From NCBI GenBank assembly GCA_964383715.1, contig CAYLHU010000001.1, forward strand, positions 79,975-116,015: 36,041 bases of DNA. The letters are read 5' to 3'. The stretch comes from an uncultured Candidatus Saccharibacteria bacterium (GTDB lineage: Bacteria > Patescibacteriota > Minisyncoccia > Minisyncoccales > CG1-02-41-26). Of this stretch, positions 25,040 to 33,256 are shown one piece after another. The notes under the pieces were generated by a model. The model was not told the DNA's origin, ran no database searches, and saw only the letters and a list, made by a program, of their open reading frames with translations. Position 1 is the first letter of the stretch. Each line of letters starts with the position of its first letter. The position numbers and the translations under genes are program-made.

Positions 25040-25500
25040 GAGTTTTTGCTTTACAAAGGCAAAGATAAGGCGATGAGGGATTACCCTCATCTTTACAAGC
25101 TCACTTCATTCGCTTGTAGATGAAGCGAAGCATTCATCGCCATCAATCCTTTGCTTTACAAAGGCAAAGATAAGGCGATGAGGGATTACCCTCATCTATG
25201 AGCCCACAAAGTGGGCGAATAAAGATGAGAGCAAAACTCTCATCGCTTAACTCGCTCACTTCATTCGCTTGTAGATGAAGCGAAGCATTCATCGCCTGCT
25301 CAAGTGAGGCGAAGCCGAATGTAGAGCTAAGATGAAAACATAGTTTTCATCGCGAAACATCAAGTTTTTGCTTTACGCTCAATGAACACTTCGTGTTCAT
25401 TTCCACTCGCCTGCTCACTTTGTTCGCAGACTTCGTAATCAAAGATTTTTGAAAAAAATCTTTTCTACTCACCTTCGCTCTGCGAAGGTTCGTAAGCTAA
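25040..25500. repeat. mosaic array of GATGA...TCATC-type hairpins
   Basis: It contains two copies of TTTGCTTTACAAAGGCAAAGATAAGGCGATGAGGGATTACCCTCATC and two copies of CTCACTTCATTCGCTTGTAGATGAAGCGAAGCATTCATCGCC. It also has the GATGAGAGCAAAACTCTCATC, GATGAAAACATAGTTTTCATC and AATGAACACTTCGTGTTCATT hairpins and an AAAGATTTTTGAAAAAAATCTTTT palindrome. Confidence 0.8.
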
Positions 25501-25573
25501 GATAAAAAAGGAAATAAAAACAAAAAATTATGCTCACAAAAAGCATAATAATATTTTATTTTTACTTTTTATT

Positions 25574-26254
25574 TTAATCTTCTTTTTTTATTTTCTCTTT
25601 AAAATCCTGCCACTTCATTTCTTTTTTCCCAGCTATTTTGCAAATAGAACGAAAAGGACAATACCGGCACTGCCAATTACGAGGATAATCGGAAATAATA
25701 GAGGGAATAATATTAGAATTAATTTTATTTTGGAGGGACTTGAAATTAATTAAAAGTTTTTTACAAAGATTCAAATTATATTTTATTACGAATTCCCTTA
25801 ATTCTTGTCTGTCCTTGTCCACATATAAAAGAATCCCTTTTTTAATATTAAAATAATGAAGATAAAGTTGAATTTGATAAATATTCTCTTCTTTTGGCTG
25901 TTCTAACTTCCGAAAAGACATACTATTTATACTTTTAATGTCTAAAACAAAAAGCTCACTATCGATACTTAAAATAGCATCGGCTCTTCCCGAAATCATT
26001 TCTTGGGGAGGGATTTTTATTTCGGCTGCTACCACAATCCCCAACCTAATCAAGGTATTAGTGAGAGTCCGATGGAAATAATCCCCCTGCTCAAAAACTC
26101 TTAATATTCGTGCGTCTAATCTTTTCTCGGGAAGATTTTTAAATTTAAAAAAAACCGCCCGCTCACATTTGCCGGCATCGGTAACATAAAAATGAAACCT
26201 TTCTCTATTTCTTTCCTGTTCCAAATAAAATTTATCAATAAGCTCCCTTAACAT
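25574..26254 (-). CDS. Cas4/RecB-like PD-(D/E)XK nuclease with 4-Cys (Fe-S type) cluster, orphan
   Basis: N-terminal Cys (DAGKCERAVFF), GDYFH, GRADAIL, VLDIKS (D-x-K), QIQLYLHY (QxxxY) and C-terminal CRYCPFRSIC. I placed the start at MLRELID because the upstream codons (..AKTSSN) are the shared leader. Confidence 0.7.
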   Translation of the reverse strand: MLRELIDKFYLEQERNRERFHFYVTDAGKCERAVFFKFKNLPEKRLDARILRVFEQGDYFHRTLTNTLIRLGIVVAAEIKIPPQEMISGRADAILSIDSELFVLDIKSINSMSFRKLEQPKEENIYQIQLYLHYFNIKKGILLYVDKDRQELREFVIKYNLNLCKKLLINFKSLQNKINSNIIPSIISDYPRNWQCRYCPFRSICKIAGKKEMKWQDFKEKIKKED

Positions 26255-26282
26255 ATTAGAAGATGTTTTCGCCGAACCCAAG
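26255..26282 (-). promoter_or_regulatory. shared leader motif upstream of the Cas4-like gene
   Basis: Minus strand: GGGTTCGGCGAAAACATCTTCTAAT-ATG. Confidence 0.6.
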
Positions 26283-26316
26283 TTTCCCCTTCTACTCACA
26301 TCGTTAGTATGCATTA

Positions 26317-26464
26317 GTAGATTGGTATCGTGTAATTCGTAACATTCGTAGCATTCGTAGCATTCGTAATTCGTAGATTCGTGTTTATTCGTAGATTGGT
26401 ATCGTGTTGATTCGTAGCATTCGTAATTCGTAGATTCGTATTCATTCGTAGATTGGTATCACAC
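26317..26464. repeat. ATTCGTAG-word element, two tandem partial units
   Basis: GTAGATTGGTATCGTGT..ATTCGTAGCATTCGTAATTCGTAGATTCGT..TTCATTC is repeated twice. It fills the spacer between rpsI and the Cas4-like gene. Confidence 0.75.
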
Positions 26465-27115
26465 TTACCTCTTTGACCATTGTGGGGCTTTTCTTGCTCT
26501 CTTAAGACCGAATTTCTTTCTTTCTCTCATTCGAGGATCTCTGGTCAAAAAACCAGCTTTTTTTATTTTTTTTCTAAAATAAGGATTAACCAAAACTAAG
26601 ACCCTAGAAATACCGTGTCGGCAAGCCCCAGCTTGAGAAGACAATCCCCCTCCTTTGACTAAAATAGAAACTGTAAACTTATCAGAGCAATTTAGTATTC
26701 TTAAAGGGGCTTCTATTTCTTTTTGAAAAGCAATATCCGGGAAATAGGATTTATAAGGTTTTTTGTTAACCAAGATATCTTTCTTCACTTGAACGGTCTC
26801 TTCGCCATCTTTTGAAGAAAGTGGCGCGCTGGTAAAAAGACGAACTCTCGCTGTTGAAGTTTTTCTTCTCCCCACCGCCTCAAAATACTTTGAAATGGTT
26901 TTTTTCTTCTTATCTTCCCCCTTCTCCCCCTTTTCTGTCTTTTTTTCTTTTATCCCCCCTTCAATCTTTTTCTTTGGATTAATTGACTTAACCCCTTTTT
27001 TAATTACTTGCTTATCCCTTGAACTCACAGAAGAAATGGGTGAAGATGACAACTCCGTTGCTGTTGCCTGTTCTTTTTTTATTTCGTCTTTAATTTTGGT
27101 TTTTTTTTCAATCAT
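26465..27115 (-). CDS. rpsI: 30S ribosomal protein S9 with an N-terminal K/E-rich extension of about 80 aa
   Basis: The core GRRKTSTARVRL ... GGGLSSQAGACRHGISRVL ... TRDPRMRERKK.G...ARK..Q.SKR starts near residue 80. The ATG lies 5 nt after the rplM stop. Confidence 0.9.
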   Translation of the reverse strand: MIEKKTKIKDEIKKEQATATELSSSPISSVSSRDKQVIKKGVKSINPKKKIEGGIKEKKTEKGEKGEDKKKKTISKYFEAVGRRKTSTARVRLFTSAPLSSKDGEETVQVKKDILVNKKPYKSYFPDIAFQKEIEAPLRILNCSDKFTVSILVKGGGLSSQAGACRHGISRVLVLVNPYFRKKIKKAGFLTRDPRMRERKKFGLKRARKAPQWSKR

Positions 27116-27120
27116 AAAAT

Positions 27121-27468
27121 CTAACTTATTTTTAATCTTTTAATTCTTTTAGCCCGAAGTTTATTCTTGGGCAACATCCCCCAAACTGCTTTTTTAAGAA
27201 TTTCTCCGGGATTTCTTTTAAAAATCTTTTCCATAGTAGTTTCTTTAAGTCCTCCGGGATATCCGCTGTGATGGTAATAGATTTTCTCTTTCATTTTCTT
27301 ACCAGTCACTTTTATATTTTTGATATTTTTAACCGAAACAAAATCACTCCCCTCTTTATAGGGCTCGTAGTCCGGTTTGTTTTTGCCTTGTAATATTATA
27401 GCAATATCACTGGCTAATCTCCCTAATGGTTTATCGGTCGCGTCAATTGTGTGTGTTTTTGACTCCAT
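27121..27468 (-). CDS. rplM: 50S ribosomal protein L13 (short form)
   Basis: IDATDKPLGRLASDIAIILQGKNKP, HSGYPGGLK and MLPKN motifs, 115 aa. Confidence 0.9.
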   Translation of the reverse strand: MESKTHTIDATDKPLGRLASDIAIILQGKNKPDYEPYKEGSDFVSVKNIKNIKVTGKKMKEKIYYHHSGYPGGLKETTMEKIFKRNPGEILKKAVWGMLPKNKLRAKRIKRLKIS

Positions 27469-27474
27469 AAACGA

Positions 27475-27570
27475 AAAATATTATTTAAAATTAATGTTGT
27501 CCGTTACATGCTACATGTTACATGTTACATGTTACACATTACATGTTACATGTTACATGCTAAACGCCCT
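27475..27570. repeat. period-7 word array (TTACATG about 8 times)
   Basis: Seen directly. It fills the rplQ-rplM spacer. Confidence 0.75.
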
Positions 27571-27916
27571 AAACCAATTCTATTATCGCCATTTTGGCTC
27601 CATCTGATTTTCGAGGACCCAATTTAATAACCCGGGTATATCCACCATTTCTACCCTTATAGCGAGGGGCAATCTCATCAATAAGTTTCTTGGTTAATGT
27701 CTTAGAAAAGAATTTCAATAAATATCGAGTTGAAGCCAAGTCTCCTTTTCGAGCCCTAGTTAAAATTTTCTCGGCTCGGCTTTTCAACTCCTTCGCTTTT
27801 ACTTCGGTTGTTTTAATTTTTTCGTGTAAAAAAAGTTGAGCGCTCAAACTTCTAAACAGCGCCTTCCTTTGGTCAGCTTTTCGAGAAAACTTTTTTTTAT
27901 TTATCATTTTCCGCAT
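27569..27916 (-). CDS. rplQ: 50S ribosomal protein L17
   Basis: Reads ..L.RK.DQRKALFRSL...L..HEKI.TT..KAKEL, with GGYTRVIKLGPRKSDGA, 115 aa. Confidence 0.95.
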   Translation of the reverse strand: MRKMINKKKFSRKADQRKALFRSLSAQLFLHEKIKTTEVKAKELKSRAEKILTRARKGDLASTRYLLKFFSKTLTKKLIDEIAPRYKGRNGGYTRVIKLGPRKSDGAKMAIIELV

Positions 27917-27930
27917 ACAACAAATTGTCC

Positions 27931-28060
27931 CGATACTAATCTACGAATAAACACGAATCTACGAATTACGAATGTTACGAATCACGAATAATTTATTTGT
28001 AGATTTGTAGATTAGCATTAAATTTGTAGATTTGTATCATATTATTTGCAGATTTGCATC
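27931..28060. repeat. ATTCGTAG-word element (inverted copy)
   Basis: CGATACTAATCTACGAATAAACACGAATCTACGAATTACGAATG... is the reverse complement of 23871-23934. It fills the rpoA-rplQ spacer. Confidence 0.75.
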
Positions 28061-28063
28061 ACT

Positions 28064-29038
28064 TTATTTTAATTCCAGCTTCACCTTTTTTAAAATCTTT
28101 TTTATTTCCTTTACTCCCTTTTCTCCCATCCCTTCAAGTCCTAAAATATCCTTTTCCGATTTTTTGACAATCCCTCCCAATGTTTTTAACTTACCATTTT
28201 CTAACGTCTTTTTAACCCTTTCCGAAATTTTTAGGTCATCTACTTTAATCTTTTTAGGATCATCTTCCCCGCTCTTTTTCTCTTGGTCATCTTTTTTGGT
28301 CTTTTCCTTTTTTTCAGGTTCCGGAATTATTTTCTTCTTGTTAAAACTCTTAAAAAAGGAAATGTGCTCTAATAAGATATCTGTGGACTGAGAAAACGCT
28401 TCTTCCGGAGAAATAGTCCCATCAGTTTCAATTTCTAAATTTAGTTTTTCAAAATCGGTTTTCTTACCAACCCTAACATTTTCCACCTTAAAATTAACTT
28501 TCCTTACAGGAGAAAAAATAGCGTCAATTAAAATTGCTCCCACTTCGGCCTTCCCTTTTTCCATTTCTTCAACTGAAACATAACCAATTCCTTCTTCTAT
28601 CTTAACCTCCAACTGAAGTTCCGCCTTCTTGCTTGTTAAGGTAGCGATATAGCTATCAGGGTTAGATATCTCTACTTGAGGATTTAGCTTAAAGTCCTTG
28701 GCCTTCACTTCCTTTTCCCCTTTAATATGGAGAAGAACGGTCTGGGGACCTTCTCCCCAATTTTTAAATCTGATTTTCTTCAGGTTAAGAAGAATCATAA
28801 AAACATCTTCCATAACACCAGGAATAGTTGAAAATTCATGATTAACGCCTTTAATTTTAACTTGAGTAATCGCCGCCCCTTTAAGGGAAGATAAAAGGAT
28901 TCGGCGATAACTATTTCCCATAGTAACTCCGTAGCCAGGGTAAAGTGGCTTTATTTCAACTATTGCCTTATTTTTTTCTTTTTGGACAATTTTTGGTAAA
29001 TCTGGTAAAGGTATCATATATTTATTTGTGTAAAACAT
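28064..29038 (-). CDS. rpoA: DNA-directed RNA polymerase alpha subunit
   Basis: The NTD reads GYGVTMGNSYRRILLSSL.GAAIT. A lysine-rich linker leads to a CTD with a helix-hairpin-helix (LGLEGMGEKGVKEI). A start at the second Met (MIPLPD) is also possible. Confidence 0.9.
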   Translation of the reverse strand: MFYTNKYMIPLPDLPKIVQKEKNKAIVEIKPLYPGYGVTMGNSYRRILLSSLKGAAITQVKIKGVNHEFSTIPGVMEDVFMILLNLKKIRFKNWGEGPQTVLLHIKGEKEVKAKDFKLNPQVEISNPDSYIATLTSKKAELQLEVKIEEGIGYVSVEEMEKGKAEVGAILIDAIFSPVRKVNFKVENVRVGKKTDFEKLNLEIETDGTISPEEAFSQSTDILLEHISFFKSFNKKKIIPEPEKKEKTKKDDQEKKSGEDDPKKIKVDDLKISERVKKTLENGKLKTLGGIVKKSEKDILGLEGMGEKGVKEIKKILKKVKLELK

Positions 29039-29130
29039 GTAGCGTGTAGTGTGTAGCGTAAAACGTAGAAATTAAATTTTACAAGTTACAAGTTACAGGT
29101 TACAAGTTTTAAGTTACAAGTTATAAGGTT
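29039..29130. repeat. word arrays (GTAGCGT/GTAGTGT, then period-7 ACAAGTT about 6 times)
   Basis: Seen directly. It fills the rpsD-rpoA spacer. Confidence 0.75.
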
Positions 29131-29760
29131 CTAACGTGAATAAAATTCAAAAACAGAAGAAATTTTTACCGGGATTTCGGAATCATTTAAAGATGGTTCG
29201 CCTATAACTTTAGCCGTTACTTTTTCTTTATCAATCTCAAGCCAAGATGGCAAATTAACTTTTTTCATCGTCAAAAGAACTTTTTTGAAAAACTCTTTTT
29301 TTCTTTTTCCCTCTTTTAAGGAAATTATATCCCCTTTTTTAACTTGATAAGATGGGATATTAACCGTTCTCCCGTTAACCAAAAAATGGCTGTGGCTAAT
29401 AATTTGACGGCCTTGAGTTGTCGAAGAAGCAAACCCAAGCCTAAAAACGACATTATCTAATCTCTTCTCGAGTTTTTGAATAAGGTCTAAAGAAGCGTCC
29501 TCTACCTTCCCTTTTTTAGATAAAATATCTTTAATGTATTTCTTGAATTGTCTTTCGGAAACACCATACCAGTTTCTTATTTTTTGCTTTTCCATCAATT
29601 CTTTCCCGTATTCGGAAAAACTCCGTCCTTTTTTCTTTTTCTTTTGACCGGGCGGATAAGGTTTTCTTATTAAAGGACATTTGGCAGAATAACATTTCTC
29701 TCCTTTGAGAAAAAGTTTTTGCCCTGTCCTTCGACAAATTTTACAAGTATTGGTTTTCAT
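29131..29760 (-). CDS. rpsD: 30S ribosomal protein S4
   Basis: N-terminal Zn-ribbon-like CKICRR.G.KLFLKGEKC, a LEKRLDNVVFRLGF.S S4 domain, 209 aa. Confidence 0.95.
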   Translation of the reverse strand: MKTNTCKICRRTGQKLFLKGEKCYSAKCPLIRKPYPPGQKKKKKGRSFSEYGKELMEKQKIRNWYGVSERQFKKYIKDILSKKGKVEDASLDLIQKLEKRLDNVVFRLGFASSTTQGRQIISHSHFLVNGRTVNIPSYQVKKGDIISLKEGKRKKEFFKKVLLTMKKVNLPSWLEIDKEKVTAKVIGEPSLNDSEIPVKISSVFEFYSR

Positions 29761-29830
29761 GTTAGAAAATGTTAGTCTGCCGAAGTTTTGCGGAGCAAAA
29801 GTTTGGCAGGTGTTACAGATTCTTACACCC
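29761..29830 (-). promoter_or_regulatory. shared leader cassette (variant) upstream of rpsD
   Basis: Minus strand: GGGTGTAAGAATCTGTAA, then the hairpin CTGCCAAACTTTTGC..GCAAAACTTCGGCAG, then ACTAACATTTTCTAAC-ATG. Confidence 0.55.
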
Positions 29831-29922
29831 GTCTAAGTTTTGCCTTCGGCAAAATTTGGGCGGGTAAAGGTTTGGTTACTAAAAACTCTTCGGCTTCGCC
29901 TCGCATTTTTAGACCAAACACT

Positions 29923-30375
29923 TTATACTCTCCTTGGTTTTTTGGGACGGCAACCATTATGAGGGATTGGCGTTATATCTTGAATACTCTCAATCTCTAA
30001 CCCCTGGCTCACCAACGATTTCAAGGCGGTATTTCTCCCCCCTCCAACTCCTTTAATAAAAATACTAATTTTTTTTATTCTCAATTTTTCACAAATAAGA
30101 GCTACCGCTTGGGCAACTTTTGACGCCGCATAAGATGTCCCTTTTTTTGTTCCCTTAAACCCAATAGCGCCAGCACTTCTTGAAGCCAAAACATCTCCAC
30201 TTTCATTAGTTAAAGTGATAATAGTATTGTTATAAGTTGAAGAAATATAAACCCTCCCACCCCTAAATTTTTGGGTTGGAGAAATAGAAATTTCTTTTCG
30301 GAAACTTTTATCTACTTTTTCCCTTTCAGATAAAATCTCCTTTTCTGTTTTTTTAACAACTCTTTTCTTCCCCAT
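29923..30375 (-). CDS. rpsK: 30S ribosomal protein S11
   Basis: NNTIITLT...G.....SAG..GFKG.KK.T.YAA and TPIPHNGCRPKK.RRV, 150 aa. Confidence 0.95.
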   Translation of the reverse strand: MGKKRVVKKTEKEILSEREKVDKSFRKEISISPTQKFRGGRVYISSTYNNTIITLTNESGDVLASRSAGAIGFKGTKKGTSYAASKVAQAVALICEKLRIKKISIFIKGVGGGRNTALKSLVSQGLEIESIQDITPIPHNGCRPKKPRRV

Positions 30376-30396
30376 ATTAGAAGATGTTTTCGCCTA
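30376..30396 (-). promoter_or_regulatory. shared leader motif upstream of rpsK
   Basis: Minus strand: GGCGAAAACATCTTCTAAT-ATG, abutting a MITE-like TIR. Confidence 0.6.
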
Positions 30397-30476
30397 ACCC
30401 AGCACTTATTTCTATAAAAGTATTACAAATGTTTTAACTTTATAAATTTGTTTTTCTGTACAAATAAGTGCTGGGT
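30397..30476. mobile_element. MITE-like element, short form (copy 5)
   Basis: Same TIRs, 80 bp. It starts 21 nt upstream of the rpsK ATG. Confidence 0.75.
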
Positions 30477-30498
30477 TAGACGGGTTACAGATTCTTAT

Positions 30499-30600
30499 AC
30501 CCAGCACTTATTTCTGAAACACAAGATAGAGATTAACATTATCGTTCAGATTTATAAAGTTAAAACCCTTGTAATATTTCCATAGAAATAAGTGCTGGGT
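30499..30600. mobile_element. MITE-like element, long form (copy 6), inverted relative to copy 5
   Basis: Same TIRs, about 102 bp. Confidence 0.75.
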
Positions 30601-30664
30601 AAAGTTCTGCCAACCAATCGCGCTACGTCTCGTTACACTCGGCTTGCGCTCTTGGGGCATCATT

Positions 30665-31054
30665 TTACTTTGGTGCTGGAGCCGCTTTTCGCCCAGACCC
30701 TACTGTTCTTCTTACATTCCCCCTCACTGTCCTAGAATTCTTTTTCGTTTTCTGCCCCCTAACCGGAAGTTTTTTTATATGCCTTATTCCTCGCCAGCAT
30801 TTTATTTCTTTCAACCGCTTTATATTACCCATAATATCCCTCCTCAAATCACCTTCTATCTTGTGGTCTTTTTCAATAATTTTTCTCAAGTCGGTTATCT
30901 CTTTCTCTGTTAAGTCCTTACTTCTCTTATTGGGGTCTACACCAGCTTCTTTCAAACTTTTCAAAGCCAAAGAATCTCCTATTCCAAAAATATAAGTTAG
31001 CCCTACTTTAATTTGTTTTTTTTCAGGTATATCTATACCAGCGATTCTTGGCAT
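30665..31054 (-). CDS. rpsM: 30S ribosomal protein S13
   Basis: MPRIAGIDIP..K.....LTYIFGIG and RGQKTKKNSRT motifs, 129 aa. Confidence 0.95.
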   Translation of the reverse strand: MPRIAGIDIPEKKQIKVGLTYIFGIGDSLALKSLKEAGVDPNKRSKDLTEKEITDLRKIIEKDHKIEGDLRRDIMGNIKRLKEIKCWRGIRHIKKLPVRGQKTKKNSRTVRGNVRRTVGSGRKAAPAPK

Positions 31055-31055
31055 A

Positions 31056-31200
31056 TAATTTTAAAATTTCTAATTTCTAATTAAACTAATTTCTAATTAA
31101 TGTCTAATATCAGAATGTCTAATTTCTAAAATTTTGGTCACTTTTTCATTAGCTTCTGTTCTTAATTAGATATTAGATATTAGAAATTAGTAATTAGTTA
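31056..31200. repeat. word arrays (TTCTAAT / TGTCTAAT / ATTAGAT)
   Basis: Seen directly. It fills the rpmJ-rpsM spacer, with the two halves partly inverted relative to each other. Confidence 0.7.
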
Positions 31201-31220
31201 TTGCTTTTGCGAAGCAAAAG

Positions 31221-31337
31221 CTATTTCCCCTGTCTTTGTTTATGCTTAGGATTTTCGCAAATAACATAAACCCGACCCTTTCTTCGAACGATCTTACAAT
31301 CTTTACAAATTTTTTTAACTGATGGTCTAACTTTCAT
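31221..31337 (-). CDS. rpmJ: 50S ribosomal protein L36 (absent from the supplied ORF track because it is under 60 aa)
   Basis: My translation of the minus strand gives [38 protein letters not shown], 38 aa, between infA and rpsM as in the canonical operon. Confidence 0.9.
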   Translation of the reverse strand: MKVRPSVKKICKDCKIVRRKGRVYVICENPKHKQRQGK

Positions 31338-31347
31338 CGTATTTAAC

Positions 31348-31563
31348 CTATTTTAACCTATAAACAATCCTTCCTCTCTTCTTATCATAAGCGCTCACTT
31401 CAACTAAAACTTTATCCCCGGGTAAAATTTTTATTCGGTAAATCTTCAGCTTTCCTGCCAAATGAGCCAATACTTCGTCCCCTGTCTCTAATTTAACTTT
31501 AAACAAAAGACTAGGTAGGGACTCTATAACCTGGCCTTTTATTTTTTCTTTAGTGTCTTTCAT
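31348..31563 (-). CDS. infA: translation initiation factor IF-1
   Basis: 71 aa S1-like fold, reading G.V.E.LP...F.V.L..G......LAGK...YRI.ILPGD.V.VE.S.YD..RGRI.YR. Confidence 0.95.
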   Translation of the reverse strand: MKDTKEKIKGQVIESLPSLLFKVKLETGDEVLAHLAGKLKIYRIKILPGDKVLVEVSAYDKKRGRIVYRLK

Positions 31564-31594
31564 CTACTATGAAACCTAACTTAGCAAATCTTGA

Positions 31595-32848
31595 TTAAAA
31601 TGTCAATTTAACTTTTATTTTCTTAATGTCCTTTGGGGCTTTTCTAACCCAAAAAGGTTTGAACGAAAGATTAGCTTCCTTCACTTGAGAATAATTTTCA
31701 AGAATAAAATCTCTAATTTCTTTTTCTAACAATCCCCTAATATTCAAAGCGATGGATTCCACCGGTATTTTTTTATATAAATCAAAATTTATTTTAGCAT
31801 TGAGAACTACCTTCCCTGAAGAAGAAAGAAGGTTTTTGGAAAAAAATTCTATTTTTAAATTTTCAATATTGAAATCTTCCTCTTCCGATATGTTCCCTCT
31901 AATATAATTAACTGCAATTTCCTTTACATCTGAAAAAATAAAAGCTAACCCTTTGACTTTTATCCTCCCCTCACAATTAATTTCCGAAACATTTTCTCCG
32001 ACATCTTCAGAACAAGAACTTTCAAATTCTTCCACCAACAAGGAATCCTCATTTAAGGAGAAACCTTCGGGAAGGTCATTTTTCATAGATTCTTTGACTA
32101 AATCCAGCAAGTCGCCTCTTAGCCCCTCTTTAGACAAATCTATATCTTCTCGACTGACTACCTCTATCTCATTTTTGGAGCCCCCAGTTATTGCCTCTTC
32201 CGATTCGGCCCAAACGCTGTAATAAAGAGAGTTCCCAACTAAGCCCGGAACTGAAAATCTTGAAGGACTGATATTGTAATCATCCCCCTCTTCCTGGGCC
32301 ACAACCCTCACATCTTTATAACTGGGAATAACTTTGCCATTAACAATTTGAGCTGCCGGCAAATATATTTTATTGGGACAATGAAAAATTTTCCCGCCAT
32401 CTGAAGAAAGGAACCTCGTGGAAGCCCTCAATGTGATTTCCCGAACTGGATTGGTAGAATTATAAACTCTGATAATCCCTTCGCTTTTTGCCCCCGTAAT
32501 TTCTCGACCGGTTGTTTTAAATGTTCCTTTTTTTGTTTCTTCTTTTTCAAAAAATCTTCCCGGAATAATTTTATTTTGAATATCCGAAGAAGATTGGGCA
32601 ATATTAACCTCTATATCTTGTTCAAAAGTCCTATTCTCTAACAATGGAGAAATTTCCAATTCCAATTTTGCATAGAGAGGAGAAGCAAGCCAAATTATAA
32701 AAAACAAAAAAACTACTGAAACTGATATTATTAAGAGAATAAAAGAAAACTTCTTTTTAAAATGTTTTTTCTTGGATTTTTCAAAAAAAATCTTCTCCGG
32801 TTCACTTCTTCTCCCAGGCGGAGTTATGTCAATTATTTTTTCCCTCAT
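31595..32848 (-). CDS. hypothetical N-terminally membrane-anchored protein (possibly of the family often annotated baseplate J-like in CPR genomes)
   Basis: One TM helix (FSFILLIISVSVVFLFFIIWL) is followed by about 340 aa of presumably extracytoplasmic sequence. The segment GAKSEGIIRVYN...TLRASTRF.S..G..F...V.V.A.EEGDDYNI resembles that family from memory only. I placed the start at the first ATG (MREKII); the longer ORF uses TTG. Confidence 0.5.
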   Translation of the reverse strand: MREKIIDITPPGRRSEPEKIFFEKSKKKHFKKKFSFILLIISVSVVFLFFIIWLASPLYAKLELEISPLLENRTFEQDIEVNIAQSSSDIQNKIIPGRFFEKEETKKGTFKTTGREITGAKSEGIIRVYNSTNPVREITLRASTRFLSSDGGKIFHCPNKIYLPAAQIVNGKVIPSYKDVRVVAQEEGDDYNISPSRFSVPGLVGNSLYYSVWAESEEAITGGSKNEIEVVSREDIDLSKEGLRGDLLDLVKESMKNDLPEGFSLNEDSLLVEEFESSCSEDVGENVSEINCEGRIKVKGLAFIFSDVKEIAVNYIRGNISEEEDFNIENLKIEFFSKNLLSSSGKVVLNAKINFDLYKKIPVESIALNIRGLLEKEIRDFILENYSQVKEANLSFKPFWVRKAPKDIKKIKVKLTF

Positions 32849-32905
32849 AAATATTTGTTTTATTAATTTTATTTTACCCCTTAAGTTCCTATAATACAAC
32901 TTATC

Positions 32906-33256
32906 TTAAACACCGCCAAAATAAATATTTTTTATTTTTTCATTTTCCAAAATTTCTTTTCCCTCTTCTAAAATAATTTCACCGTTTTTTAAAATACAAA
33001 CCCTATCGGCAATTCCAACTGCTTTTTTAACATTTTGCTCAACAATAATAATACTCGCTCCCTCTTTTTTGTTAATTTCCTGAATTTTTTCAAAGACCTC
33101 TTTCATCGCTTTTGGCGCCAAACCAAGAGAGGGTTCGTCAAACAAAAGCAACTTTGGACTTTGTATCAAGGCCCGGCCAATGGCCAACATCTGCTGTTCT
33201 CCGCCTGAAAGATTAGAAGCTAACTCTTTTTCTCTTTCCTTTAAAACTGGAAAAAC
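32906..33256 (-). pseudogene. 3' remnant of a LivF/LivG-type ABC transporter ATPase (C-terminal half only)
   Basis: The frame reads VFPVLKEREKELASNLSGGEQQMLAIGRAL.....LLLFDEPSLGLAP ... IIIVEQN, so the signature, Walker B and H-loop are present. An in-frame stop lies directly upstream and alaS ends 10 nt beyond it. The Walker A and Q-loop half is therefore missing. Confidence 0.7.

Noticed and set aside
27377-27607. Plus-strand ORF spanning the TTACATG word array (peptide ...CYMLHVTCYTLHVTCYML...)
   Set aside because: The periodic peptide is simply the translated 7-nt tandem repeat. It overlaps the rplM 5' end and the rplQ 3' end on the other strand.
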